The notes below the pieces were generated by a model, which saw only the letters and a program-made list of their open reading frames with translations, was not told where the DNA came from and did no database searches. This document shows positions 29,528 through 40,067 of a DNA stretch of 64,000 bases, one piece after another. The stretch is taken from assembly GCA_041752695.1 (NCBI GenBank), contig JBGSVZ010000031.1, positions 32,001 through 96,000 on the forward strand, read 5' to 3'. Source of the stretch: Terrimicrobiaceae bacterium. Its GTDB lineage: Bacteria > Verrucomicrobiota > Verrucomicrobiia > Chthoniobacterales > Terrimicrobiaceae. How positions within the stretch are numbered: position 1 is the first letter of the stretch; each line of letters opens with the position of its first letter. A program made the translations under genes and the position numbers.

Positions 29528-29735
29528 GCGGGGCGAGGACTCGCCCCACGTTTTCCTCTCGCCGTTCGGGCGGGTCAGGCCCGCCGTTGGTTCCATTTTC
29601 GAAGTCACCACATCACGCCGCAGATTACGACTATCCGAGCAACTTGCCGGACGTGGAAGGCGCCGTATAATTTTTGGTGGGAGAAGACAGGCCTGCCGCT
29701 TGGTGGTTGATAGCCAGCGTAGGCCTGCCCCTAAC
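29528..29735. repeat. Cluster of REP-like palindromes between selO and ilvN
   Basis: GGGGCGAG-ga-CTCGCCCC (reads GTGGGGCGAG.. on minus), GGCGGG-tcagg-CCCGCC, and paired aggcctgcc motifs. Confidence 0.45.
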
Positions 29736-29747
29736 CGGGCCACTCGT

Positions 29748-31226
29748 TCACGTGCCGCAAAAGGTCTGACGCACAATCTCCTGCTCCTGTGGTGGTTGGA
29801 GGTAGCGGGCAAAGTCCGGCTGGTCATCGTAGGGTCTTGCGAGCACGGACATGAATTCGTGAAAGGGCGCGAAATCTGCGCGATCCACGGCCGCCCGGAT
29901 CACGGCTTCCATGCGATGATTGCGCGGGATGAACGCGGGATTCACCGCCCGCATCGCCGCCCGGCGCTCAGCGGGATCTCCCGGCTCCATCGACAAGCGG
30001 GTCCGCCAGCGGGCGAGCCACTCCTGCAATTTTCCGTCGTCCGCAAACATTGTGTGCAAACTGGTTTTCTGTCCCGCCTCTCCACTCACTTCGCAGAGCC
30101 CCCGGAAGGTGAGGGTGAAATCCGCCTGATGGGCTTCCATCAAATCCAGCAAGTCGCGGCAGAGCTCTTCGTCTCCCCCGTCCGCCGTCGAGAGGCCGAG
30201 CTTTTTGCGGAATTCCTCCAGATGGACTCCGGCGAACAATTCAGGAAATTTCGCGAGCGATTCTTCGGCCTGCGCGATCGCGGTCGGCTCATCGTCGGAT
30301 AGTAGTGGAAGAAAACACTCGGCGAGTCGGGTCAGGTTCCAATGGGCAATGCTGGGCTGATTGGCGTAGGCGTAACGACCATTCTGGTCGATGGCACTAT
30401 AAACCGTGGCGGGATCGAAAGCGTCAAGGAAGGCGCAGGGTCCATAATCGATGGTCTCGCCGGCGATGGACATGTTGTCCGTATTCATCACGCCATGGAT
30501 AAAGCCGACGAGCAGCCAGCGCGGAATGAGCCTGGCTTGCGCGTGGATCACGCTGTCGAGGAGTGCGCGATAGGGGTGGGCGTTCTCGGTCGCGGCGGGA
30601 TAATGTCTGGCTATGACATAGTCGGCGAGGAGGCGAAGCCCTTCGATATCGTTGCGGGCGGCGAAAAACTGGAACGTCCCGACGCGAATGTGGCTGGCGG
30701 CAACCCGCGCAATCACTCCCCCCGGGAGCAGCGTCTCCCGGACGACATTTTCGCCCGACGTCACCGCGGCGAGAGCTCGGGTGGTCGGAATGCCGAGCGC
30801 CGCCATCGCCTCACTCACGGCATATTCGCGGAGCACTGGGCCCAGGGCTGCGCGGCCATCCCCGCGTCGGGAAAAGGGCGTCGGGCCGGCGCCTTTTAAC
30901 TGCACGTCCCGCCGGGCACCGTCTCGTCCGATCATTTCCCCGAGAAGGATGGCGCGGCCGTCGCCAAGTTGCGGTACGAATCCGCCGAATTGATGTCCGG
31001 CATAAGCGGTGGAGATCGGCTCAGCGCCGATGGGCAGCCTGTTCCCCGCCAGCATGGCTACGCCTTCCTCTCCTGCCAGCCACGCCGGGTCGATTCCGAG
31101 TTGCCGCGCCAACGGTTCGTTGATCCGGATCAAACCCGGGGCTGATACGGGAGTAGGCGTCGTCCGCGTAAAAAAGCGTTCGGGAAGCCGGGCATAGGTG
31201 TTGTCGAAAGGGATCGGTCGATTCAT
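29748..31226 (-). CDS. selO: Protein adenylyltransferase SelO (YdiU)
   Basis: [44 protein letters not shown]-terminal TFCGT. Confidence 0.96.
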   Translation of the reverse strand: MNRPIPFDNTYARLPERFFTRTTPTPVSAPGLIRINEPLARQLGIDPAWLAGEEGVAMLAGNRLPIGAEPISTAYAGHQFGGFVPQLGDGRAILLGEMIGRDGARRDVQLKGAGPTPFSRRGDGRAALGPVLREYAVSEAMAALGIPTTRALAAVTSGENVVRETLLPGGVIARVAASHIRVGTFQFFAARNDIEGLRLLADYVIARHYPAATENAHPYRALLDSVIHAQARLIPRWLLVGFIHGVMNTDNMSIAGETIDYGPCAFLDAFDPATVYSAIDQNGRYAYANQPSIAHWNLTRLAECFLPLLSDDEPTAIAQAEESLAKFPELFAGVHLEEFRKKLGLSTADGGDEELCRDLLDLMEAHQADFTLTFRGLCEVSGEAGQKTSLHTMFADDGKLQEWLARWRTRLSMEPGDPAERRAAMRAVNPAFIPRNHRMEAVIRAAVDRADFAPFHEFMSVLARPYDDQPDFARYLQPPQEQEIVRQTFCGT

Positions 31227-31429
31227 GGAAACCACGCTACCACCTAGAAGGATCTGTGGCGGAACGGAATCTGGCCCGTGTGTGATCCGCGCGTCTCCTC
31301 GGCCGTTCTTCGGCCGCCGACACCAGCGAGCATCGGGCGGACACCGGCTAATCGATCACTTCGCCATCGCGTGAGTCTGTACCAACCTCCCTTCCTACGT
31401 TATATCCTGGGAGAGGAGCGGTACCGCGA

Positions 31430-32794
31430 CTACGTCGAGGCCATGGGAACGCCGCTTTTCAGCAGCTTCTCGACAAATCCCGTGTCGTATTTGCCGCGGC
31501 GGAAGTCGCCGTTTTGCATGATGATCTGCTGAAAGGGGATCGTCGTTTTGATCCCTGTGATCAAATATTCGCCAAGGGCGCGGTGCATGCGATTGATGCA
31601 GGCTTCGCGACTGGAGGCGGTGGTGATCACCTTGGCGATCATGGAATCGTAATTCGGCGGGATGGTGTAGCCGGCGCAGGCGTGGGAGTCGATGCGCACG
31701 CCGCGGCCGCCGGGAGCGTAATAATCGGCGATGAGGCCGGGGCTGGGCTGGAAATTTTTCGCGGGATCCTCCGCGTTGATCCGGCACTCAATAGCGTGGT
31801 GACGCGGTTGGGCGTTGACCACATAATCGGAAAGGTGTTCACCGGCGGCTACCTGAAGCTGCTGCTTCACGAGGTCGCAGCCATAAACTTCCTCGGTGAT
31901 GGGATGTTCCACCTGGATGCGGGTGTTCATCTCCATGAAATAGAATTCGCCGTAATCATCCACCAGGAACTCCATGGTGCCGGCATTGGTGTAGCCAACG
32001 CATTCGGCGAGCTTGATCGAGGCGTCGCCCATCTTTTTGCGCAGCTCGGGCGTCATGAGCGGCGATGGGCATTCTTCGACGATCTTTTGATTACGGCGTT
32101 GGATCGAGCAGTCGCGCTCGCCCAGGTGAACAATGCGGCCGTGTTCGTCGCCGAAGATCTGGAATTCGATGTGGTGGGGGTTGACGATGAACTTCTCGAT
32201 GTAGACCGCCGGGTTGCCGAACGCCTTGTCGGCTTCCATGCGGGCCGAGTGGTAGCCCTGGACGAGGCTCCCTTCATTGCTGGCGATGCGCATACCGCGT
32301 CCGCCACCGCCGGCCACGGCCTTGATCATGACGGGAAAGCCGATTTTCCGGGCGATCTTGAGGGCCTCAGCCTCAGTGTCGACAGTGCCTTCGCTGCCGG
32401 GAGAGGTGGGCACCCCGGCTTTGCGGGCGCACTCGCGGGCGGAGTTTTTGTCCCCCATCAGGCGGATCGCATTCGCGGGCGGCCCGATGAACTTGATGTT
32501 ACAGCTCGCGCAGACTTCGGCGAAATGGGCGTTCTCGGCAAGAAATCCGTAGCCGGGATGGATGGCATCGACGTCGGCGATCTCTGCGGCGCTGATGATC
32601 CGGTCGATCTTGAGGTAACTGTCCGCGCTGGCGGGCGCGCCGATGCAGACGGATTCATCCGCGAGTTGCACATGCAGGCTCTCGGCGTCGGCTTCCGAAT
32701 AGACGGCCACGCTCTGGATGCCGAGTTCCTTGCAGGCGCGGATGATGCGCAGGGCGATCTCGCCGCGATTGGCGATGAGGATTTTCTTGAACAT
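31430..32794 (-). CDS. accC: Acetyl-CoA carboxylase biotin carboxylase
   Basis: [42 protein letters not shown]. Confidence 0.98.
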   Translation of the reverse strand: MFKKILIANRGEIALRIIRACKELGIQSVAVYSEADAESLHVQLADESVCIGAPASADSYLKIDRIISAAEIADVDAIHPGYGFLAENAHFAEVCASCNIKFIGPPANAIRLMGDKNSARECARKAGVPTSPGSEGTVDTEAEALKIARKIGFPVMIKAVAGGGGRGMRIASNEGSLVQGYHSARMEADKAFGNPAVYIEKFIVNPHHIEFQIFGDEHGRIVHLGERDCSIQRRNQKIVEECPSPLMTPELRKKMGDASIKLAECVGYTNAGTMEFLVDDYGEFYFMEMNTRIQVEHPITEEVYGCDLVKQQLQVAAGEHLSDYVVNAQPRHHAIECRINAEDPAKNFQPSPGLIADYYAPGGRGVRIDSHACAGYTIPPNYDSMIAKVITTASSREACINRMHRALGEYLITGIKTTIPFQQIIMQNGDFRRGKYDTGFVEKLLKSGVPMAST

Positions 32795-32830
32795 GGTAAT
32801 TACAAACGGCGCGGCGGCCGCGGGAGAAGG

Positions 32831-33289
32831 CTACTTGACGCGGAACAGGGCCTGGGCGAACTGCACAGGCTTGCCGTTTTCGGCGCAAACCTCGGCAACC
32901 GTTCCGGCGACCTCGGCCTTGATTTCGTTCATCACCTTCATGGCTTCGATGATGCAAACGACCGTATCGGGTGTCACGGCCTGACCGGCGCTGACGAACG
33001 GAGGAGAATCGGGAGAAGGAGAGGCGTAAAAGGTGCCGACCATGGGCGATTTGATCTCCTTAAGATTGGATACGTCTTTGGCGGGAGCGGCGGTGGGAGC
33101 AGTCACTGCCGGGGTGGCACTGGGGGCCGGGGCAGTGGCTGGAGCGGGGCCGGAGGTGAAAACCTGGGTGGTTCCATCCGCGTCGGCAGTTTTTAGGGTG
33201 ATTTTGAATCCCTCCCGTTCCATTTTGAAGACGGCCAGGCCGTTCTTCTTCATTAGGTCGATCAGTGTTCGAATCTCTTTTAAGTCCAC
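32831..33289 (-). CDS. accB: Biotin carboxyl carrier protein
   Basis: GTG start at VDLKEI; SPMVGTFY, EAMKVMNEI. Confidence 0.95.
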   Translation of the reverse strand: MDLKEIRTLIDLMKKNGLAVFKMEREGFKITLKTADADGTTQVFTSGPAPATAPAPSATPAVTAPTAAPAKDVSNLKEIKSPMVGTFYASPSPDSPPFVSAGQAVTPDTVVCIIEAMKVMNEIKAEVAGTVAEVCAENGKPVQFAQALFRVK

Positions 33290-33406
33290 AGGCAGCAATT
33301 TTTGAGGAAGGTGAAGAATCTCAGGTTGGCCGCTTGCGGTCAAGAGTTTCGCGGGAACGCCCTTTACAAAACGTTTCGAATGGCCCATTTTCCCCGGTTC
33401 TCGCTT

Positions 33407-33838
33407 ATGTGGTTGCTCATTCCCGCTCTCCTTACCATTCATGTGGCCATCTGCCTTTTGCTCGTGCTTGTCGTGCTCATGCAGCTTCCGCGCAGTGAGG
33501 GCCTTGGTGCGGCTTTTGGTGGTACGGTGACAGAAAACATTTTCGGGGCCCAGACGACCCACGTGCTGGCGCGCTTCACCGTTTGGTTGGGCGTGGCGTT
33601 TTTTGTGGTGACCCTTGCGCTCGCGATGGCCTACGCGAAACGGAATACGGCCAATGCAAGCGCGATCCAGCGCGAATTGCAAAGTGCTCCGGCGGTTCCG
33701 GCCGCTCTTCCTTCCGCTTCTCCTGCTGCGACCCCGGCAACGGCGCCTGCGGCTCTGGAAAGTTCCGCTGCTCCGGCGACCCCCGCTCCCACTGAGCCTG
33801 CTCCGGTCGTTCCCGCGCCATCGCCGGCCGCTCCCTAG
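33407..33838 (+). CDS. secG: Preprotein translocase SecG (Ala/Pro-rich tail)
   Basis: VVLMQLPRSEGLGAAFGG, two TMs. Confidence 0.9.
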   Translation: MWLLIPALLTIHVAICLLLVLVVLMQLPRSEGLGAAFGGTVTENIFGAQTTHVLARFTVWLGVAFFVVTLALAMAYAKRNTANASAIQRELQSAPAVPAALPSASPAATPATAPAALESSAAPATPAPTEPAPVVPAPSPAAP

Positions 33839-33852
33839 TTCTTTTCCGTGGT

Positions 33853-34689
33853 GTGAAAATCGCCCGGACGCTGGCCGTCGCCCGAAAGTTCTGCTCCGCA
33901 TCGCTGCGCCCGTTGGTCTTGGTGCCAACCATGGGGGCGCTCCATGAGGGCCATGCGGCACTCATTCTCCACGCCCGCAAGCTGGCCGGCCGGAAGGGCT
34001 CCGTAGTGGTCTCGATCTTTGTGAATCCGATCCAGTTCGGTCCCCAGGAAGACCTCGCGAAGTATCCGCGTCCCTGGAAAAACGATCTCGCGGTGAGCCG
34101 GGTTTGCGGGGCGGACTTGGTATTTGCCCCATCGGTAGGCGAAGTCTATGCGGCCGACCGTTCGGTTTTTGTAGACGAGACTTCCCTCTCCGCGCATTTG
34201 TGCGGGGCGTCGCGCCCGGGGCATTTCCGCGGGGTCTGCACGGTGGTGGCCAAACTTTTTTTGATGTTGCAGCCCGACGTGGCCGTCTTCGGAGAGAAAG
34301 ATTGGCAGCAGCTGGCGATCATCCGGCGGATGGTGCGCGACCTGAATTTTCCCGTCCGCATCGCCGGCCACGAAACCGTGCGGGAGCCGGACGGGCTGGC
34401 GAAAAGCTCGCGGAACGCCTACCTCACGCCGGAAGAGCGGGCGGTCGCCCCTGGAATCCTGGAGGCCCTGCGCGGCGCGGCCGCGAAAAAAAGCCCGGCC
34501 GCCATCACCTCCTCGGCGCGCCGTGCGATGGCAAAGATCCCTGGCGCTCGCCTGGACTATGTCGAACTCGTTGATGCGGAAACGCTGGAGTCCGCCCGCA
34601 ATCTGCGCCGACCCATGCGTCTGGCTGCGGCGGTTTTCCTCGGCAAGGCGCGTTTGATTGATAACATCGGACTGGGTCCCCTTTCATGA
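33853..34689 (+). CDS. panC: Pantoate-beta-alanine ligase
   Basis: VPTMGALHEGH, SIFVNPIQF, RPGHFRGV, FGEKDWQQ, GLAKSSRN, RLIDN. Confidence 0.97.
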   Translation: MKIARTLAVARKFCSASLRPLVLVPTMGALHEGHAALILHARKLAGRKGSVVVSIFVNPIQFGPQEDLAKYPRPWKNDLAVSRVCGADLVFAPSVGEVYAADRSVFVDETSLSAHLCGASRPGHFRGVCTVVAKLFLMLQPDVAVFGEKDWQQLAIIRRMVRDLNFPVRIAGHETVREPDGLAKSSRNAYLTPEERAVAPGILEALRGAAAKKSPAAITSSARRAMAKIPGARLDYVELVDAETLESARNLRRPMRLAAAVFLGKARLIDNIGLGPLS

Positions 34690-36278
34690 AGGAATTTGAT
34701 TTTGTTGTTTTGGGCAGCGGCATTGCCGGTCTGTCTTTCGCTCTGAAGGCGGCCGAAAAAGGCACCGTGGCGGTCGTGACCAAACGGCGGCTGGCGGATT
34801 CGAATACGGCGTGGGCCCAGGGCGGCGTGGCCTGCGTGGTAAGCGAAGAAGATTCGTTCGACCTCCATATCCGCGACACCCTGGTGGCAGGGGCGGATCT
34901 CTGTCAGGAAGATGCCGTGCGCGCGGTGGTGACGGAGGGGCCCGTGCGCATCCAGGAGTTGATCAACCTCGGGATGCATTTCGACGAACGGGAGGCGGCC
35001 AATGGCGAACGGGAACTCGACCTTGGCCGGGAAGGCGGACACTCGAAACGCCGGGTCCTGCATTTTCAGGATTCCACCGGATCCGAAATCGAGCGCACCC
35101 TGGTGGAACGGATTGCGGATCATCCGGCGATCACGGTTTTCGAAAATCACATGGCGGTGGATTTTCTCACCACCGGCAAGCTGGGCTACGCGATGCAGGA
35201 CTCCTGTGTGGGCGTGTATGTGTTGGATGAGGCGACGGGTGAGGTGGAAACACTGCGCAGCGATGTGAACGTGCTCGCCACCGGCGGCTGCGGAAAAGTG
35301 TATCTTTATACGACAAATCCGGATGTCGCCACCGGTGATGGAGTGGCCATGGCTTGGCGGGCGGGGGCGGTGATCGCCAATATGGAATTCGTCCAGTTTC
35401 ATCCGACTTGCCTCTACCACCCCGAGGCGAAGTCTTTTCTGATTTCCGAGGCGGTGCGCGGCGAAGGGGCCATTTTGCGGGATCCCAAGGGACGGCGCTT
35501 CATGGAAGCTCATCATCCGCTGAAGGAATTGGCGCCCCGTGACATTGTGGCCCGGGCGATTGACGCCGAGATGAAGCGTACGGGCAGCAAATGTGTCTTC
35601 CTCGACATCACCCACAAGGATGCGGAGTTTATCAAATCGCGCTTTCCCACCATTTACGAGACCTGCCTGCGCTTTGGCATCGACATCACAACCCAGCCGA
35701 TTCCTGTCGTGCCTGCCGCGCATTACCAGTGCGGCGGGGTGAAGACCGATCTGAATGGCGAAACCAGCCTCCGGGGACTTTATGCCATCGGGGAGGTGGC
35801 CTGCACTGGGCTGCACGGGGCCAACCGCCTCGCCAGCAATTCCCTGCTGGAGGGGCTCGTGCTGGCCCACCGGGCGTATGAGAAATCCACCCGTCACCGT
35901 CCGCCCCGCGTCGATCATGACTTGCCGGAATGGCGGCCGGGTGAGGTGCAGGACTTGGACGAGCTTGTCGTAATTTACCACAACTGGGATGAAATCCGCC
36001 GCCTGATGTGGGACTACGTCGGCATCGTGCGGACGGACAAAAGGCTCCAGCGCGCCGCAACCCGACTGCGCAATTTGCACGCCGAGGTGCAGGAGTTTTA
36101 TTGGAATTTCCGGGTCACGACGGATTCCCTGGAGTTGCGCAATCTGGTGACCGTGGCCTCCCTGATCGTGGATTGTGCCATCAGCCGACGGGAAAGCCGG
36201 GGCCTGCATTACACCCTGGATTATCCCGAGCCGGACGATGGGAAGTTTCTCCGCGAGACGACGATGCGGCGGGTGTAG
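34686..36278 (+). CDS. nadB: L-aspartate oxidase
   Basis: GSGIAGL, WAQGG, EGGHS, QFHPT, LAPRDIVARAI, HGANRLASNSLLE. Confidence 0.96.
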   Translation: MKEFDFVVLGSGIAGLSFALKAAEKGTVAVVTKRRLADSNTAWAQGGVACVVSEEDSFDLHIRDTLVAGADLCQEDAVRAVVTEGPVRIQELINLGMHFDEREAANGERELDLGREGGHSKRRVLHFQDSTGSEIERTLVERIADHPAITVFENHMAVDFLTTGKLGYAMQDSCVGVYVLDEATGEVETLRSDVNVLATGGCGKVYLYTTNPDVATGDGVAMAWRAGAVIANMEFVQFHPTCLYHPEAKSFLISEAVRGEGAILRDPKGRRFMEAHHPLKELAPRDIVARAIDAEMKRTGSKCVFLDITHKDAEFIKSRFPTIYETCLRFGIDITTQPIPVVPAAHYQCGGVKTDLNGETSLRGLYAIGEVACTGLHGANRLASNSLLEGLVLAHRAYEKSTRHRPPRVDHDLPEWRPGEVQDLDELVVIYHNWDEIRRLMWDYVGIVRTDKRLQRAATRLRNLHAEVQEFYWNFRVTTDSLELRNLVTVASLIVDCAISRRESRGLHYTLDYPEPDDGKFLRETTMRRV

Positions 36279-36338
36279 GCTGTTTTTGTTTGCCGCAGGG
36301 GGTGTTTTGGGCGATCATTTGCTTTCCCGAAATTGTTC

Positions 36339-37172
36339 ATGAAACCCGTCACAGCGATCCTAGGGATGGTATTGGTCACGACCGCCGTGTGGGCGAGCGA
36401 GCCGCAGTCATCGATCACCGCCAGCACTGATTTTCAAAAATTTGCCCAGAAGTTGCGCGAGAGCGCGCTTCTCAAGGTCGAGCCGCAGGTGATTGCACCC
36501 TCTTCGATGCGGGCGGGCTTCAATCGGTATCCGTGGAAACGCCAGATTGTCACCACGGTCTTTTGGGTGGGGGAAACCCCAACGCAAAATAATCCCACGC
36601 CCAACCACAAAAGTTCCTGGGATCCACAATGGGCGCAGAATTATGGGGGTTTCGACGATCCTGAGGCCTCGCGTCGGCGCAATTTTCTCCCCGCCCGGTT
36701 TGTTCCCCGGCAGAACCCTTTTTACGTCGCGCTTCCGTTCAATGATGTGACACGAGGAACGACCAAACCCGAATCGCGCAAAGCCATTCCCTGGTTCAAA
36801 CAGGCCTTTGAGCGTCCCGGAAAAAGTGTCTGCAAAGGGCGGTGGATCGCCGTCAAACACGGCAGCCGCATCGCCTACGCGCAGTGGGAGGACTGCGGTC
36901 CTTTCCGTACGGACCACTGGGAATACGTCTTTGGCAATGATCGTCCGAAACCGAATCTCAACCAGGGAGCGGGCCTCGATATCTCCCCGGCCGTGCGCGA
37001 CTACCTGGGCATGAGCAACAAGGACGTCTGCGATTGGAAGTTTGTCGAGGCGCGGGATGTGCCGCCCGGACCCTGGACCAAATACGGGGATAACAACACC
37101 TTTGTCCTGCAACGCCGGGGCGCGAATCTTTTTCTGGTGGATCGCAACAACGCCTACGGCATCAAGCGGTAA
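36339..37172 (+). CDS. Secreted protein with DPBB/RlpA-like C-terminal motif
   Basis: Signal peptide; AQWEDCGP...GLDISPAVRDYLG resembles the double-psi beta-barrel motif. Confidence 0.65.
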   Translation: MKPVTAILGMVLVTTAVWASEPQSSITASTDFQKFAQKLRESALLKVEPQVIAPSSMRAGFNRYPWKRQIVTTVFWVGETPTQNNPTPNHKSSWDPQWAQNYGGFDDPEASRRRNFLPARFVPRQNPFYVALPFNDVTRGTTKPESRKAIPWFKQAFERPGKSVCKGRWIAVKHGSRIAYAQWEDCGPFRTDHWEYVFGNDRPKPNLNQGAGLDISPAVRDYLGMSNKDVCDWKFVEARDVPPGPWTKYGDNNTFVLQRRGANLFLVDRNNAYGIKR

Positions 37173-37184
37173 CCCGCCAAATGG

Positions 37185-37223
37185 ACGAAGGCGGCCTCCT
37201 TTCGGAAACCGCCCTCGTTTTTT
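37185..37223 (+). terminator. Intrinsic terminator between the convergent CDS and rnpB
   Basis: ACGAAGGCGG...CCGCCCTCGT followed by a T run. Confidence 0.65.
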
Positions 37224-37697
37224 GATGGCTGTAAGCCGGATTTTGTCTCCCGAGCCTTGCGACCCGGCAGGACGGCCATTTATCTCGCCCGTCTTCTTGC
37301 GAAGACGAAACGCCCTCCCGAAGGAGGATGCGACTATTACCCGGAGGGGTATCCGGCTTGCGCCGAATAGGACAGGCCATCCGTTCCTCCTGTTCTGTCT
37401 TGCACCGCAGGGGGTTTATCATGCGCCAGGAATTACTTCCACGGCCGGTGGGCTCTTACCCCGCCTTTTCACCCTTGCCCTTTGGAGTGGTCAGTGAAAG
37501 GGCCTAGGGCCAAGGGTTTCCCCTTTGCACTCTCACTTTTCACTTGGCACTCCGTCAGGCGGTATCTTCTCTGTGACACTTTCCGTCGCCGGAAGGTTTC
37601 CCTTCCAGCTCCCCCGCTTTCGCAGGGCCCGCTGCCTTGTGGTGTCCGGACTTTCCTCTCCGGCTCCTCGGGGAACCGAAGCGGCCGTCCGCCATCA
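37223..37697 (-). ncRNA. rnpB: RNase P RNA (type A), about 475 nt
   Basis: Minus strand: GAGGAAAGTCCGG, ACAGAGAAGATACCGCC, AAGGGTGAAAAGGCGGGGTAAGAGCCCACC, ACAAAATCCGGCTTA; P1 TGATGGC/GCCATCA; upstream TTGATC-16-TATTCT. Confidence 0.96.
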
Positions 37698-37726
37698 GGA
37701 AAAGAATAAGCGTTCCGGTGGTGCGA

Positions 37727-38722
37727 TCAAGGGGCGATTTTTTGGAGTTTTTGGCGCTCTGCCAGCGCTTGTGGGATTCCAAGCGGGAGCATGCCCGACT
37801 CCGCCACAACTTTTTGACCGGCACCACTGAGGAGAAAGAGCAAATATTCCCGGAAGGCGCGGTCAATCGTTCCGTCGGGCCCTGGGGCGGCGTAAAGGTA
37901 AAGCAAACGCCGGAGCGAGTAAGAGCCGTTTTGCACGTTTTCCGGGGTGCAGGCGACAAAGGGGGCTGAGATATTCTCCGCGACGGGCACGGTGCGGGTG
38001 CCGTCCTGGGGTGGGCCGAGGCAGGTGTAGCCAATGGCGCCCAAGTTGGCCGCGACGGCCTGCGGCACTCCGCTTTCGATGTTGAGCGGCCGGACGGACG
38101 CTTTGCTGAGTGCTCCCCAGGAAACCAGCCCTTCAAAGGTCAGGGTCGTTCCCCATCCGGGCGAGCCGCCATACGGTTCCACAGGTTCATTCACCCAAGC
38201 GCCCGGCAGGCCGAGGTCCCCCCAGGTCGTAACCGGCAGACCTCCGCGCAGGCCGACAGACGAATAGATCGCGTCGAGTTGGTCGAGGGTGAGTCCGGGG
38301 ATGGGGTTGTGACGATGAACCAGAACCTGCAAGGCATCCTGGGCGACGCAAATTTCGAGAATTTCGTGACCGTATTTCCGGGCGAACGATTTTTTTTCCA
38401 GATCTCCCATCGGCCGGCTCATCGCGCCGAACGTGACCGATCCGTTGATGAGCCCATCCAACACTCCGGCGCTGCTGGGGAAGGAAAGTTCGACGGTGGT
38501 ATCCGGGTGGACGGCGACGAATTCCTTCGTGGCCTTCTCGAGGAGGTTGGCCATCACGCCGGAACCGTAAATTTTAAAACTTTGCGTGATGGGCGCGGAG
38601 GGTTGGTAGTCCGGGAGACGGGAACCCGATTTCGCGGGGGATTCGGCCCAGCATTCCACAAGGAGGAGGCCCAAATATAAGCCGCCCGCCACCGAGATTT
38701 TCCCCGTCCTCGACCGTTGCAT
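37727..38722 (-). CDS. PstS-like phosphate-binding protein (orphan)
   Basis: GAMSRPM, DALQVLVHRHNP, LTLDQLDAIYS, GSYSLRRLLYLY. Confidence 0.85.
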   Translation of the reverse strand: MQRSRTGKISVAGGLYLGLLLVECWAESPAKSGSRLPDYQPSAPITQSFKIYGSGVMANLLEKATKEFVAVHPDTTVELSFPSSAGVLDGLINGSVTFGAMSRPMGDLEKKSFARKYGHEILEICVAQDALQVLVHRHNPIPGLTLDQLDAIYSSVGLRGGLPVTTWGDLGLPGAWVNEPVEPYGGSPGWGTTLTFEGLVSWGALSKASVRPLNIESGVPQAVAANLGAIGYTCLGPPQDGTRTVPVAENISAPFVACTPENVQNGSYSLRRLLYLYAAPGPDGTIDRAFREYLLFLLSGAGQKVVAESGMLPLGIPQALAERQKLQKIAP

Positions 38723-38855
38723 GGATCGGCCTTATCTGCGATGGGCGGGCGGTGTGGCAATGACAAACCGTCCGGCCGGTTCATCGGGTCCGAATGTCCC
38801 GCATGCCGCGATTCCTTCCTCGCCAGTTGGAGGGGGAAATTGTCATTTATCCACC

Positions 38856-40067
38856 ATGACTTCACCGCCTCTCCGCGTCGCCATCATTGGCTGCGGGACG
38901 GCGGGACCGGCGGCGGCGACCCTGCTGGCGCGGCAGGGTCATGAGGTCGTGCTTTTCGAGCGGGCGCCCGAGTGTCGGGCGGTGGGCGCTGGGTTTTTGC
39001 TGCAGCCCTCTGGGATGGGAGTGCTGCGTGAACTGGGTATCCTGGACGATGTGCTGGCTCATGCGGCGAGAGTGCAGAGGCTGCATATTCTGGAACCTGG
39101 CGAGAAAACCCTGCTCAGTCTCCGCTACGAAGAACTCGGGGTGGGGCGGTTCGGGGCGGGGTTGCACCGGCCGGTCTTATTGCATCATCTGATCCGCGCG
39201 ATGGAAATGGCCGGGGTTGAAGTCCGGTGGGGTTGGGAGGTCAACGAGGCGGCCCGCGGGGAGGAGGGATGGTCCGTGCGTTCTTTGGAAAACGGGGAGT
39301 GTGGGGGATTTGATTTGCTGGTGGTCGCCGACGGGGCGCGTTCCCGCTGGAGGCAGCTGGCGGGTCGTGGCGGAGTGGATCGCGGCTACGCCTGGGGAGC
39401 CCATTGGTTCATCGGCAAAAACAACGGAGTCTTTCCCGAGGACGAACTTTATCAGGTGGTTCGCGGCACGCGACGCCTCGGAGGGTTTCTGGCGACCGGG
39501 CGTGATCTGGAGGGAGACGACGCCCTGGTGAGTCTTTTTTGGAGCATCAAGATCGCCGATGACGAGGCCTGGCGCGCACGTCCTCTGGAGGAGTGGAAGG
39601 GTCAGGTCCTGGATCTCTGTCCCAAGGCCGCCCGCTTGCTCGAGCAAATTCATTCCTGGGACCAGATCGTCACCGCCCGTTATGGCGATGTTCGGATGCG
39701 GCGCTGGTATGCGGACGGGGTGGTGGTTTTGGGTGACGCCGCTCATGCCATGAGCCCCCAGCTTGGGCAGGGGGTGAACCTGGCTTTGCAGGACGCGTCC
39801 TGTCTGGCGCAGTGCCTGAAACACACGTCTCTCTCCCGAGCGCTCGCGCGCTACCAGCGCCGTCGCCGATGGACGTTGCTTTATTATCAGTTTGCCACCC
39901 GCTGGCTGACGCCTTGGTTTCAGTCCGACTTCGAGAGGATCGCCCCTTTTCGGCGGGTCTTTTTTCAGGTGGCGCAGCGGATTCCCTGGGCGAGACGCTT
40001 GATGACCCTCTCGATGGCCGGGATGATCGGGCCGTCGGACGACGTCAAATCTCCACCACCTGGCTGA
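38856..40067 (+). CDS. FAD-dependent monooxygenase (UbiH-like)
   Basis: IIGCGTAG, VADGARS, LGDAAHAMSPQLGQGVN. Confidence 0.9.
   Translation: MTSPPLRVAIIGCGTAGPAAATLLARQGHEVVLFERAPECRAVGAGFLLQPSGMGVLRELGILDDVLAHAARVQRLHILEPGEKTLLSLRYEELGVGRFGAGLHRPVLLHHLIRAMEMAGVEVRWGWEVNEAARGEEGWSVRSLENGECGGFDLLVVADGARSRWRQLAGRGGVDRGYAWGAHWFIGKNNGVFPEDELYQVVRGTRRLGGFLATGRDLEGDDALVSLFWSIKIADDEAWRARPLEEWKGQVLDLCPKAARLLEQIHSWDQIVTARYGDVRMRRWYADGVVVLGDAAHAMSPQLGQGVNLALQDASCLAQCLKHTSLSRALARYQRRRRWTLLYYQFATRWLTPWFQSDFERIAPFRRVFFQVAQRIPWARRLMTLSMAGMIGPSDDVKSPPPG

Noticed and set aside
31236..31429. Possible riboswitch or sRNA between accC and selO
   Set aside because: Only weak hairpins and degenerate REP-like pieces; no recognisable motif.
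27880..36209. Long ORFs 27880-28971, 29256-30302, 31514-33196 and 34557-36209
   Set aside because: Antisense shadows of ilvC, ilvN/selO, accBC and nadB, expected in high-GC DNA.
37162..37830. Small ORFs over 37.2-37.7 kb, and similarly over 45.3-45.5 kb
   Set aside because: Explained by rnpB, ffs and repeat elements.
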